In this document: positions 50,051-62,039 of the stretch, piece by piece
Numbering within the stretch: position 1 is the stretch's first letter
How the letters are laid out: each line of letters starts with the position of its first letter
NCBI GenBank assembly: GCA_013239625.1
Contig: MU053352.1
Location: 417,485-481,484, forward strand
Reading direction: 5' to 3'
DNA: 64,000 nucleotides
From: Lama guanicoe
Lineage: Eukaryota
Translations under genes and position numbers: made by a program
Notes under the pieces: model-generated
Databases searched by the model: none
The model's input: the letters and a program-made list of their open reading frames with translations, nothing else
What the model was told of the DNA's origin: nothing

Positions 50051-51705
50051 AGCCCCCGAATTAAAATTATCCCAGCCTAAGGTCTTCTCTTAACCATTCT
50101 TCTTAAAATGTAATTAACAAGCACTAATTGTTAGTAAATAGTAAAAATTTTTAACTTGGGCCCACTCTGATCATCTTTTAAAAATAAGGGTGGGAGACTG
50201 TAGATAGGGCATTTTTATATTCTTTTCTCCTGTGCTTTGTAAAACATTTGAAAGCACCTGAGATTTCTGGCGGAGAGAGCAAAGGCCAGCATTACGTATT
50301 TAAACGCTTGAAAGACTTTATGTTAAAAACATGAGGAAAAATAACTTGCTGGGTGTCTGGGGATTAGAATCAGAGGTAATTTGCATTTTTGCTCTATTTT
50401 CTACGTATGCTAATTTTTGTAATTAAAAGTGTTTAAAAGGAGAAGTTCCACTTTAGCGGGACACTGGAGCCAATCTTTCTGGGACGGCTCATGTGAAGTT
50501 ATGTGGCCAAGCAGTCTTTAAATAGTTTAGTGACTTTCAAAGTCTAATTAACACTGTAACTAATATTTACTTACTGTAAAATTAGTCCTCTTATAAGTAC
50601 TTTATATAAATTATGTTTATATAAAATATGACAAATAAGGCTGATAAATCAGTAAACTGCTTCCTAAATAATTTGATGATACTTTGTCACATGTGTTTAA
50701 CATCCTCAGCTTTGACTAACTTAGTACGAAATGAAGGGCATTTCCATTTGAGTTACAATGAAAATAAGTCCTGTTGGGAAATATTAGAACACCATACCAC
50801 AGTATAAACAATAGCTAGTGCAGCACCACTTAGTGGTGTCGGGCTCTATTTTAAGTACTTTGCATATATAATATCTATCTAAGATGTAAAGTGCCGAAAG
50901 CAGTTTAGGCTCTGCAAATAATTTGCTGTGTGGTCTTCCAAAGGCCCTTAGTAGTTTCTTTGTAGTCCTTGAGTACATGATGCCACAACTGTGAAACTGT
51001 TCAAATCCTATCCTATTTTCTTGGAGCTAGGCATTATCCTTGGAGCAAGAAAAGCTGAGTAGCACCATTTAGAGAGGTGCAGAGCAGTGGAGGTGTAATC
51101 CCAACTTTCTGAGATGAGGCTGCTCTCAAAATTTCTAGGTTTCTAATTTCCTCTTGCTTCGCTACTGTTCTTGCACTGCTAATTTCTCCAAATGACTGAA
51201 ACTTGGGAGTCCCCTTATGCCAAACTTTGAACCAAGAATTTGAATCTAAACCAAGACCTGACAAAGATTTAGTAAAGAACAAGTCATTTCTCTCTTGCTC
51301 TCTCAAAAGGGTTTCCCATACTGTTACTTGAAAATTCATTTCAGTTGCAAAAGGGGGGCATTTAGAATTACAAATTATCATCTCTACCATAGAGAATAAC
51401 ATTCAAAAGCTACAATGAAACAAGGATTTGCAAGCGTCTAGCTTTTACATGGCACAGGTGAAAGTTCACAGGTGCTGTCCCTTAGTAAATTATTGCCTTT
51501 ATTCCTAGGTAATAATTGTCTTCTTTAAGACAAATTGAAACTGAAAGGTAAGGAGTGAGTTCAGAACAAGGTTCTAGAAGACATTAAAGAGGTTCGGGGA
51601 AAAGTATATCCTAACCAGGACAGACCAGAGGACCCAGGAAATGAGCTTCAGGCCAGACCTCTTATCATGATAGCTACAGTGCCTTGAGCAGATTTCATAT
51701 GGCTT

Positions 51706-52228
51706 GTAGTAATTTAAAAATACACCTACAAATTCTGTGACACTCTTCTCATATGAAGGGGTAGTCTAAATACTCTCCCCTTGAATATAGGCCAGCCCTG
51801 GTGATGCCTATCCGAGGAACAGAATGTGGCATGTGGCAGGACACTGAGTGACTTCAAAGCTAGATTAGAAAAAACAATTCAGTAACTGTATAGGCTTCCT
51901 ATCTGGACATTTGCCCTCGGAATCTTAGCTACCATGTTGTGAGGGAGCTCAGGCCACAGAGAGAGGCCATGTTAAGTGTTCCAGCCAACAGCTCCATTGG
52001 TTCCAGCTAACAGCTACCAACAAAAACCAAACATGTTAGTGTGTGAGTCATTAGATGTTCTGAGCCGGGAGCCTTCCAGGGGCCCCAGCTGATACTGAAT
52101 GGAGCAGAGACTAGCTGTCCCAGCCAGAACCACCCCAAATTGGAGATCTAGTGCAATATAAATGTTGTGTTGTGTTAAGCCACTGAGCTTGGGAGTGGTT
52201 TGTTACACAACAAAAGCTAACCAGAACG
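51706..52228. mobile_element. MLT1G-like solo LTR between the two promoters
   Basis: caaattctgtgacactcttc...ccccttgaat...agccaacagc...gttaagccactgagcttgggagtggtttgttacac. Confidence 0.8.
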
Positions 52229-53049
52229 GTGTTTTTAATGTTATCTCTAATTCCCACTACACGCCTGAAAATAAGTACTGCTATCTCCCTTTGACGGATG
52301 AGTAAACAGGTTTAAAAAGGTGAGGTGTTTCAGGTTTCACATTAAGTAGCAGAGCCGGGATTTAAGAGCTTCAAAAAATGGGCCTTCTCCACTTTACCAG
52401 TGGCCAACAGAGTGAAGGCAGTTTGTAAGAAATACATTGAACATTACAAGCGAAAAGAAAGTTTTCATAATTGTTTTCTGTTGCCAAAACTCGTAAGATG
52501 AAACTTGTGACCACTCACTGCCCAATCGGCCAATTTCACAAGTGAAGCTCAGAGAAATTAGGCCCCTTCAAAGAAATGTAGACTTCACTATATTTCAGCG
52601 AGAAAAATTGCATTTCCCTCCTCAGCCACTATTATTTCACGGTCCCACGGGGCAGGCATTGGGGCTCATGAAAATGTTGCAGACCAGGGTCACACGTGAC
52701 ACCCTTCCTGACCGCTCCTCCCGGACACAGCAGTTACTCGCATTGCTGAGTTGGGAAATTATATTTGCTTTTCTGTGTACCCCGTCAGCCAGTCTTGGCA
52801 CTGGGTATTAAGCACTTGACATTCGCTCTCACTTGCATCCAAACACACTTGCCCTTCCCCTTCCCGTGGAAGCTAAGGAAAGATTCAGGTTATGGGCGGG
52901 AAAGAGCATTTCAGAGAACTTGCCAGTTGCTCATAGCTCAATCGAAAGCAATAGTAGCAAGTTTACTTATTAGTGCAGCAAAGCGTTATCACGCTTTTTC
53001 CTCAGAGAGGCCATTTTAGTAAAGAGAAGGAAACTCAGAAGTCAGAGCT

Positions 53050-54260
53050 TCGCGCAAGATTACAGCACCACGAGCCGAGGTTCGAGCCCATACCGGAGGG
53101 CTCCAAAGCCCCCAGGTTCGCCTAACTCAGATTCCCGCTGTAGAAGCCCCAGAGTTCTCCGCCGACGCGAGACACAGCAGTCGGCGCGCTCCCAAGATGC
53201 GGGCCACGGCCCACTTCGCGACTTGCCATCGCCCTCCCCAGGGAGCGGCCGAGCGGGGAGCGAGGGCTCCAAGCTCCGCCCGCCCCGTTCCGTTCCGTTC
53301 CGCCCCGCCCCGCAGCGCGCGTGGGAACGCGGCGTCCTCGCCGGGGCTGCCCACGACGACCGCCTGCACACAACGCGGAGGGCTTCCGCTGCCCCTGCCC
53401 CGGCCACCTCCTCGCCGCCGCCATCCCCTCCCGGCCTCCGCCTCCCCGCCGCCGGGCGCACGCAGGGGCCGGCGCCCGGGGAGCGCGCCGCGATGTCTCT
53501 CTTTTCCGCCCGGCACCGCCGCGGACACCTCACATCCGGGCGCGCGGCGGCGAAGGCGGCGCTGGGGCGCGGGTGCGTGGAGGGAGTTATTAAGGGGGAC
53601 GAGGCCGAGGAGGAGGGGCGGAGGGCTGGGCCGTGATTACGGCGGCTGAAGGGAGACAGCCCGAGCGTGTGGGGGGGGGCGAGAGGGAAAGCCACGCGCC
53701 TAGGCCCGCAGGAAGAGATGGGGCGCGGGCGCGCTGCGCCGGGGGTCGCGTGCGTGAGCGCCGGGGCGCGCGCGGGGGGCGGGCAGGGCGCGAGGCCAGC
53801 GGGGCGGCCGGCGGGCAGCGGGAGGGCTGGCGGGGCCCAAGCCGCCGGGCTGGGGCGGACGGTGGGGGGCCTACGCCGCCTCCAGCTCGGAGCGCCCGGG
53901 CCGGGGGATTCGGCCTCCGGGCTCCCTCCCGCCCGCCTCCCCTCCGTGAGTACCGTCCCCACCCTTAACCCGAAGGAGGCCTCTGGGCTAGGGCCTGCGC
54001 GACAGGCCGGGGGTTGGGGTCGCGGCCCCGGGAAGCTGAGTTTCGGAGCTGAAGCCGGCGCTCGCCGCTTCCTTGCCACTGGCGCCTCTGACATGTCCAC
54101 AGGTGCGGCCGGCCGAGAGAGGGGCGCTCGAGCCCCATCCCCAGTCCCTGGCACCCGGAGAACAAGGGGCAGCTGGCGCCGTCCATTGGCGAGTGACAGG
54201 CACTTTACCACAGCCTGACTTCCCGGATCCCCAAACCGCCTCCTACCTGCCCCCACTCCA
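53050..54260. promoter_or_regulatory. CpG island: EIF4ENIF1 promoter and non-coding first exon(s); candidate donor TCC|GTGAGT at 53946
   Basis: Very high CpG/GC content, GC boxes, (CCGTT)3 at ~53285; ends ~340 bp before the exon 2 acceptor. Confidence 0.85.
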
Positions 54261-54627
54261 GGAAACTTCCCCACTACTGCCTCTCCAGTCCTCATGGGGG
54301 GCAGCGACTAATCTTGGTTTCTTTTTGTATTAAAGCTGCTTTAAGGCTGTATCCTGATTTGGGCACGTTCCACTTACGCTTTCCTCGCCCTGTTGATGCT
54401 TAGAGCTCTTCACTAGAAGAGATATCTAAGTACCAGTGATTCTGTTTCCAAGTGGGTTCTGGTTTATAACATAATTACTGGGCAAGGTTTTTTTTTTTTA
54501 ACGTAGTCATTTTAAGAGATAAGAGTTTCAGTTTTTTAAGCAGTCAGGACTTCTGAAAATTTCTTGTTCTCGGTGACAGTTTTGTGCTGATTTCTTCCAG
54601 GTGCAAAGAACTGTAGCCCAAGGAGCC

Positions 54628-54720
54628 ATGGATAGAAGTGTGGGTGAGACAGAAAATAGAGATGCTTTCCTTGACCTGAAGAAGCCGCCGGCCTCCAAGT
54701 CCCCCCATCGCTATACAAAA
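54628..54720 (+). CDS. EIF4ENIF1: EIF4ENIF1 (4E-T, eIF4E transporter) first coding exon; the exon spans 54601-54720
   Basis: tttcttccag|GTGC...GCCATGG (Kozak); MDRSVGETENRDAFLDLKKPPASKSPHRYTK|gtaggc matches recalled human MDRRSMGETESGDAFLDLKKPPASKCPHRYTK; SFI1/EIF4ENIF1 head-to-head synteny as in human. Confidence 0.95.
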
Positions 54721-56911
54721 GTAGGCTTTGTTACTAATGAAATAGTGTTTCTTTATAGGTGAGGAGGTTAGTAACATTGTGTAGGTATTTTATTAGTATT
54801 AAAATGGTAGCGTCATTCTCTGGACTAAATATTAACTAGATTTGGTAAAGCACTGCTTTGAACTTTTTTCTGGAAATGTGAACACCTAAAGTTTAAACTA
54901 GAATTTGCTTCTACGTAGCTTTCAGGTGGAGGGAATACTGGCACAGATCCCATGTGAATTGTGGGTCAGTACGTGTTGACACACAAATTCTGTGACAGCT
55001 GTGCAACTGTTATGTTACTGACTTACATGCTGTAAAGTGAGGATTCCAGCTCTGGGTGCCTCACGGAAATCAGGGTTCTTGATCTTTTCAAGAAATTAAT
55101 GTTTTCTTGAGAGGTGAACTCCCCACAGGAATGCTCTTTGATACTTGGCTAGGGTAACCAGATTTTTAAATTCTTTTTTTTTAACTTCTTGTTATAAAAT
55201 GGATATGGACTCACAAAAGTAAGACTTAAATCCTATTTCCCCTGGCTAAAAACTTGTGATTTTAAACTCCTGTAGATACTTGCTTTTTGGGGGCAGGGTA
55301 AGGGGGGAGGGTTCACCTCAAGGTTGTGTGTTTATTGAAGCTATTTCACTATCTCATAGGCTACTGAGTGTTTCTGAAGAGGTTGACAGGAACGATGAAT
55401 CCTTTTTTGGTTACCTGAAATGTACTGGGCTGGAGTACATGAAATGTGCTTGGGACTGTTGACAGGAAAAATTATGTTCTTGTTAGGCTCATATCTACAT
55501 TTCCTTGGTATGAACCCAAACACGGATTCAAATGTGGTTACTGTCCCTGGCTTCCCAGGGTACTGATTGGTTAGTAGTTTAAAGTCAGGCCTTGTTTGGG
55601 TACCAGTGCTGCCACTATTACTTCATAAAGTATCAAATGCTATTGGAGTAATATTCATTTTTAGCATTAAGATGAACAACCTTTCTACGGGGAAAAGTGC
55701 TTTCAGGTGTGAAAGGGTTTTTGGTGAATTGCTATCTTAATATAGTCTGTTTTGGCATAACAAATGTGAGCTGATAGAAAGCACTTTACTTCTTTCAGAT
55801 TTGGTCTTTCCAGATGCAGCCCTCTCAAACCTAAGAGTGCTTGAGTAGTGTCTCACAACTTAAATTCATTACCTAAACTGTTGACAGGTGAATTCCTAAT
55901 GGAGAAAAGCTTATTAAATGAAGGGAAACTGATCTGAACTGCTTTTACAAGCTCATGTGAATTCAAGTCTCCCAGCACTTTTTGAATGAAAGTTCTGACT
56001 GATGCTCACAGAGTCCAGGCAGAGGCTTTTGAATCACTTTCACACATTCATCAGAGGAGACCATGAATATTTCATCTTCTATGTATATCTATTTTTATGC
56101 ATGAGTCATTTTTAGGAAGATATTGGTCTCAGGGTAGAACTTATGTGTCTACAGTAAAGATTAAGAAGCTCAGTATTGCCCATTTTTGACTGTCCACTCG
56201 GAATTCTGCCAAACTTAGATAAAAGTGTCTTAAAGAAATTTTGTAAGTTAATGACAGGGGAGTTCAGATTTAATGATCTTCTTTACCAAGTTTAGTTAGA
56301 AGTAGGTTTCCTTTCCACCCCATTCAAGAGGATTTAGTTAATGGCAATTTTAGAATCATGTTTAGGCACTGTTAGGGTAGTTCTTTCATATGTATGTTTC
56401 TCAGCACTCTGGTAATTTTATGTGGGATTTGAGTCAAACTAAGCCCTTTTACTTTTGAAGGAAGTTTGAAACAGTCCTGTGTTCTTAACATGATAGTAAA
56501 TGATCTGTTGGTTCTATAACTGGAATAATATTTGTGCCATCCTACTCTCTGTCCACATGCTGAGACCAAACTATTGGAATAAACAAACATTTAGTAATGC
56601 TTCTGCCACTTCAGGTTCACAGGCTGGAAAGTTTAGAGGCAGTGGAAGGAAACTGTCCTCAGAGATTTGTATAAGTGGTGTACTTTGTGAAAACTTTTGT
56701 AATTGTGGAATGTTGACTACGAGGTCAGAAAAACACTGGCCAGATAACATGGTTTCTTAACCTTTGACCCTGCTCCATTATTATAACTTTAATAATCTGT
56801 TCAGAATTCAAAGGTTTTTCTCCTGTGAAGGTGGGGGAGTCCACATGTTTGAGTGCTTTTCAAGCTAAAAGACCAGAGTTTCCCTGTGTGTTAGGACATC
56901 CTCTAGTCCAG

Positions 56912-57073
56912 CTTGCTTCTCAAACATTAATGTGTCTTGGGATCACCTATGAACCTTAGTAAAGTGTGAGTTCTGATTGTTAGGTTAGGGGTGGACTTGA
57001 AAATTCAGCTTTATAACCAGTTCCCAGGTGATGCCCATATTGCTGGTCCACTGACTATGCTTTGAGTAGCAAG
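56912..57073. mobile_element. MER5-family hAT MITE
   Basis: cttgcttctcaaac...cccaggtgatgcc...gctggtcc...ctttgagtagcaag (inverted ends). Confidence 0.75.
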
Positions 57074-57469
57074 ACTTTCGTCTTCCATGGAGACACTGAA
57101 ATATGGTGTTGATGTTGTCAAGCAACTCAAATGGATAGTTTCTCCTCAGGGTTCAGCTGGTGTCTGTTGTGGTTCCGCAAATGTCTCAGGAAGTCAGAGT
57201 CACCCTGGGTACTTGCAGACTTAACCCTGAGACTTAGTCTGGGATGGTTTTAAGTGGATTTATCATATGCACCTGCTATCCTCAGGGTTTTGAGCCCTTA
57301 GTTTATAAATCTATTCAGGTCCGTTTTGCCAGGCCAGATTCCTAAGCCCAAAAAGCTGTTTTGATAGTACTTAAATGTGCATTTATAAAGTGATTGCATT
57401 ATGTCAAAGGACTATGGGAGGTTATAGAGTGGGTCTCATCTCAAAGTCATGGATTAAAAATGGTTTAGA

Positions 57470-57640
57470 CAGCAGTTCTCAAAGTGTGGTCCTCGAACTA
57501 GCATTTAGCATCATCTGGTAAATTGTTAGAAATACAAAATCTCAGGCTATTGAATCAAACTCTAGGGGTAGGGCCCAGCCATCTGCATTGAACAAGTCTG
57601 TCAGGAAATCTAACTCGGATTCAAATTTGAGAACCACTAG
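57470..57640. mobile_element. MER5A-like hAT MITE
   Basis: cagcagttctcaaagtgtggtcc...ttgttagaaatacaaaatctcaggc...tttgagaaccactag. Confidence 0.8.
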
Positions 57641-57828
57641 TTTAGGAAATGAGGTAGTGATGCTTATTAGTGGAAAAACTTTGAGACTCATTCAGTTTTG
57701 TCTTACCTTCACCGGAGAGCCTTGTTTACCGTTCGTGAGTTGTAGTACCTGCTCTTCTATTAGTGATGCCATCTTCTGCTTGAAAGACAAAATAGAAATT
57801 TTTGTATAGTCCCACTGTTCAGATCCAC

Positions 57829-57970
57829 TTTTTTTTTTTGCAGGGGGTGGAGGGAGATAACTAGATTTAAGTATTTATTAATGGAGGTACTGGGGATTGA
57901 ATCCAGGACCTCATACATGCTAAGCACGTGCTCTGCCACTAGCTATACCCACGCCCCCCGACCCCCACCC
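57829..57970 (-). mobile_element. Camelid SINE (Vic-1-like) in the EIF4ENIF1 intron
   Basis: Poly-T then ...ggaggtactggggattgaatccagg...agctataccc; TCAGATC on both flanks. Confidence 0.88.
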
Positions 57971-59442
57971 TCAGATCTATCTTTTTTTCTTCAAGTGAAC
58001 AGACTAATCTTCTCAAGTCACAGACTATACATGCTTTGTGCTTTTTCTCCTTTGCTCCTGTATCTTGCCACTGACTCCTTATTAAATTCTATCACCTGCC
58101 AGTTAGAGAATGAAAGCACAAGATACTCAGAATATTCAGAGTGATACTGACCAGTGTTAACCATGCATGTTAAATCTACCAGCTGAAAAATAGGTATTAG
58201 ATTATCTGAGCTTAGTTTCAAGAGTGCTCTTCATTGCCTTGGCTAGTTATGAATTGGCACCCTTTTACTTATTAGTGTAGGGATCTTTAAAGGTAGCCAC
58301 CGTGGTTTGTAATGGGCAGTTGGTCACAGTGGTACCATCATGTTTATGTCTTAGCTTTAAAATCATTAAGAAAACAGATGAGCACCAGAAACGGAATGAC
58401 TGATCCTTCTAGCCTTCTTGGAAGGAATACGTTTCAAGACTTGAGGTCAAACCTTTCAGAATACTCTTTTACTTAAATTCTAGGTGGAAATCAGTAGTCA
58501 GATGGTTAGTTTTTGCTCTACAAAGATCTCATTTGATAACTTCATAGGTATCTTTAATAAACCAAGTTGAGTAGTAGCCTCTAACAGGTGGCATTTCAGT
58601 GAGACACAGCTTGTAAGCTGGTATGAAAATAGAGGTGCCTGTTCATATTGGGCAGAATTATAATATGAAAAATCGTTATACCACCTTGATGTTTCAGCTG
58701 TCCAGAAAATGTAACGAAGCTCTTCGAGGGGGCTGGCTGGCAACACCATAGATCCTGTCTTCTCATTGCTCTCTTCTACCTGGTACAGCCCTTTTCCTTG
58801 AAAAGTTGGGGTTCAGGTCCCTTGTCCCCTGGATTTTCTCTCCTTCTCACTCATGGTGGGAACTCCTAGCTAGATAAGGAACCAGTGATTTCACAACTGA
58901 AACTTTTGACATAGAAATTTGTGGGCAGAGCCTCTGATTCAGGAAGGGGTACTATGAGAGGAGCTGGCCCGGGGGAAGCCTGCGCAAAGAGGCAGCAGTT
59001 TGTTCAGAGTTCCCAGTGTCCCCACTGCACAGGGACAAACCCAGCACTGAGTGACAGAGCTGCTGGGAGGGTTCGTGCCCCTTCCCTTGTCCTCTCAAGA
59101 GAAGCAGGGGAGAGATGAGGGATGTGGGCCCACAAGCCCTGCTGCTGAATTTGGGACTTGCCGCTCTGCCACTTAACCTGTGTGGCCTTCAGTCATGTAC
59201 TCAGCTTCTCTGAATCTCATCCTTTTCCTCTGTAAAACACAGAATAGAATAGTATCTACCCCATAAGATTTTTGTGGGGAGTAAATGAGAAAGTGAATAT
59301 CAAGTGCTTAGAAAAGTGGCTGGAACACTTACTTCAACACTTTATAATACAGTAAGGGTGGAGGGAGGTACTGAAAGATACCTTTAGATACCAACTTTAG
59401 GTCGAGATGCTTATTTTCTAAACGTCACAATAACCATTGCCA

Positions 59443-59611
59443 TTTTTTTCTTTTAGTTTTTGTTTTTGGGGTTTTTTTGTTTGTAATTTTTGGGAGGGTG
59501 GTAATTAGGTTTACTTATTTTTATTTATTTTTGAACAGAGGTACTGGGGATTGAACCCAGGACCTCATGCATGCTCAGCATATGCTCTACCACTGAGCTA
59601 TACCCTCCCCC
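59443..59611 (-). mobile_element. Camelid SINE (Vic-1-like) in the EIF4ENIF1 intron
   Basis: ...gaggtactggggattgaacccaggacctcatgcatgctcagcatatgctctaccactgagctataccctccccc. Confidence 0.9.
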
Positions 59612-62039
59612 TTCAGCATCACCATTTTAATATGAAATCAGAAAGCACTATTGAAAGTATAATGCCACCACCCTAAACATGATTTTCATAAGTGTCCTTC
59701 TGGTAGTTATATACCTGCTTACTTAATGTTTTTACATTGTTTTTATCAGTTGTGTAAACACATTTAAAAGCCAAGGCTTATTTTTATTGCATTGGCCCCA
59801 TCAACTGAAAGAACAGGTTTTCCTGCTTTTTTCCCCCATTTCCATTTTCTTAGTCTTATATAAATTCTTTAAATAAAAGAAAGTCTTTGCATCAAGTCAG
59901 CCACCATTGGAGGCTCGAATCCAGGTGCTGCTGCTTCTCGGCTATGCAAGATCCAGTCTGAATCCTGACCCACCTGTAAGAACTGTCCTTTTAGCAGCAA
60001 GCCTCATGAATGGGGGATCGTGGGCTGAACCCCACACGCCCCTTGTGTTGTTAGTTCACCACTGCCCTGGCTGTCGTCTGTGGATGCGGTTACCCCTTTG
60101 TGATCTATTTTTAAAAGCTTTCTAATCCTTTCAGAAAAGTCATGTGACTCCGTAGATTGAAATATCAGGTCAGTCAGCAACCATCTGAGTAAGAGCCTGA
60201 TGGGCCAAGCCCAATGTTAGTGGGCATGGGGAGGGTGGAGACCGGAGAGGAGGCCGAAGGGGGACCTGACCCAAATGCTGCTCCAGGGACATCTGCCTCC
60301 TTTAGGAAGAGCTAGGCACACATAGGTGAGGTACTATGTTTTACAGTATTCGGACCATTAACAGTGAAACAAAACTGAGTTTTGTTCTGTTTTTACAATA
60401 TATCCACCATAATTTTTTTAAACGGGCTTTTTACACTTGTGAATTGAATTCAGCTCATGAAGGTAAAGAATATTTCCCTTTTCATCTCCTATAAGTGACT
60501 TGTGTGAAATTCTGTAATGTCACAGTGTCATCAGAATGCACAGCTGCTTCTGCGTGGGATTTCTGCAGAAGGAAACTGGAAACGGATTTAACCACTGTTG
60601 TTTTGGACTTTTACTCACATCATTTGCTTCCTGTTTTGATACTGATCACTGAAAGTGGGTGTCCATTTTAGTAATTTCCATTACCAATAAATACCAGTAA
60701 TTAGTAATTAGATTGTTTTGAAAGGTGTGACAAATATTCTTTAAGGAAGGCTGCTAAAACTAAGATGTGTTTGTGCTTCCTTGGGAGTGGGACTCTTGGG
60801 CAATTAGCAGCTTGTTCTTGTCTGGTCAGGTTTTGTAACCATGCAAAAAGTAAGGTCTCAGGTAATAACTCTTCTTTTGTCTAGATGGTAATTTTAGTGA
60901 ATTTGTCCACAGTCAGTACGTTTCTGTGGGTTACTAGGACTATCTCACATTTCCCCGTGAAATACTCACAGGGAGGGAGCATTCCCAATTAACAATGAGC
61001 ACTTCCACAAGTTTTTTGCTTTTAGCCAAAGTTGAATGTTTTCTTTGAAAATATCCCAAAGGGATTCCTTTCAAGAAGTAATTTGCTCTAAGAGCTCTTG
61101 AGGAGATGGCAAGTTCAAGAACACTTGTCTTGAGAGACTGGAGAGCAGTGGGGACAGCAGTCACCTGCCTGTGGGGGACACAGAGCCTGGCACAGCGGAA
61201 GTGTTCTGTGGACAGTTAGGAAAGAGCAAACTATGTAGTGACTTACCTTATGGTTTCTCTCCTTGCTTAAGGTTGGGGGGGTCCTCTCGGGCTGGGATAC
61301 CATCTTAAGCAACTTAGGACATTGCTGGAGGTAACAGAGCTCTTTGAACCCCGTGAGAAGGAGCTCTTTTTTCTGTAAATGTCCGCGTGGACTGTGCCAC
61401 ATTTTGAAAAACGTGGTTGGTTTAAAGCACTACTTCTTAACCTCTGTGGGGTCCACTGGAGGTCTTTGGATCTCCACTGGAGAGGAACACATTACAGGAA
61501 TTGCTGCACTAGTACACTTTGTATATGGCTTCCTTGAGGCCATGAAACTGGCTAAAGAAGCCCTGTTCTCAAGAATAGTAAGTGTAGTTTTACCTAGATA
61601 TTTAAAGTTATTCCCAGCAGCTATTACAATCCAGTTTGTTTTCCCAGTTCTCAGCCTATTAATGTGGAAAACGGCTGTTCATCCTCTATAGACAGGTGGG
61701 CTGTGTTTTAACCGTTGGTCAGAGGGATACCCTGGCACACATGGTGCTGCTGGCTCCCTGCTCTACCTTGTGCCTGTATAAGCCTGTCAAGTTTGTACAG
61801 TTTCTTGAGGATTTATTCATTCAAATGACATTCAAGTAAATGTCAAGCATATAAAGTCAACAAAGGAAAATGGAATAAAATGGGAGGGAAAAGTAAAACA
61901 TTTTTACCAACCTGAGCCACTCTTTTGTATCTGAGAGTAGCTGGCATTTATTTATCTGTGGTTAGAGTGATAAGTCTGTAAGAGAAATCAAACAAAACAT
62001 TAACCTCTGGTAACTGAACCTCCTAGTTTAGTTTACTTA

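Noticed and set aside
53060..54295. 411-aa minus-strand ORF and other overlapping ORFs in the EIF4ENIF1 island
   Set aside because: Pro/Arg/Ala/Gly low-complexity translations open in several frames, as expected from stop-poor CpG island DNA; no recognisable domain
20722..59611. tRNA-like sequences (TAGCTCAGTGGTAGAGC...GGTTCAATCCC)
   Set aside because: Dispersed, divergent copies with A-rich tails and TSDs are SINE heads, not tRNA genes
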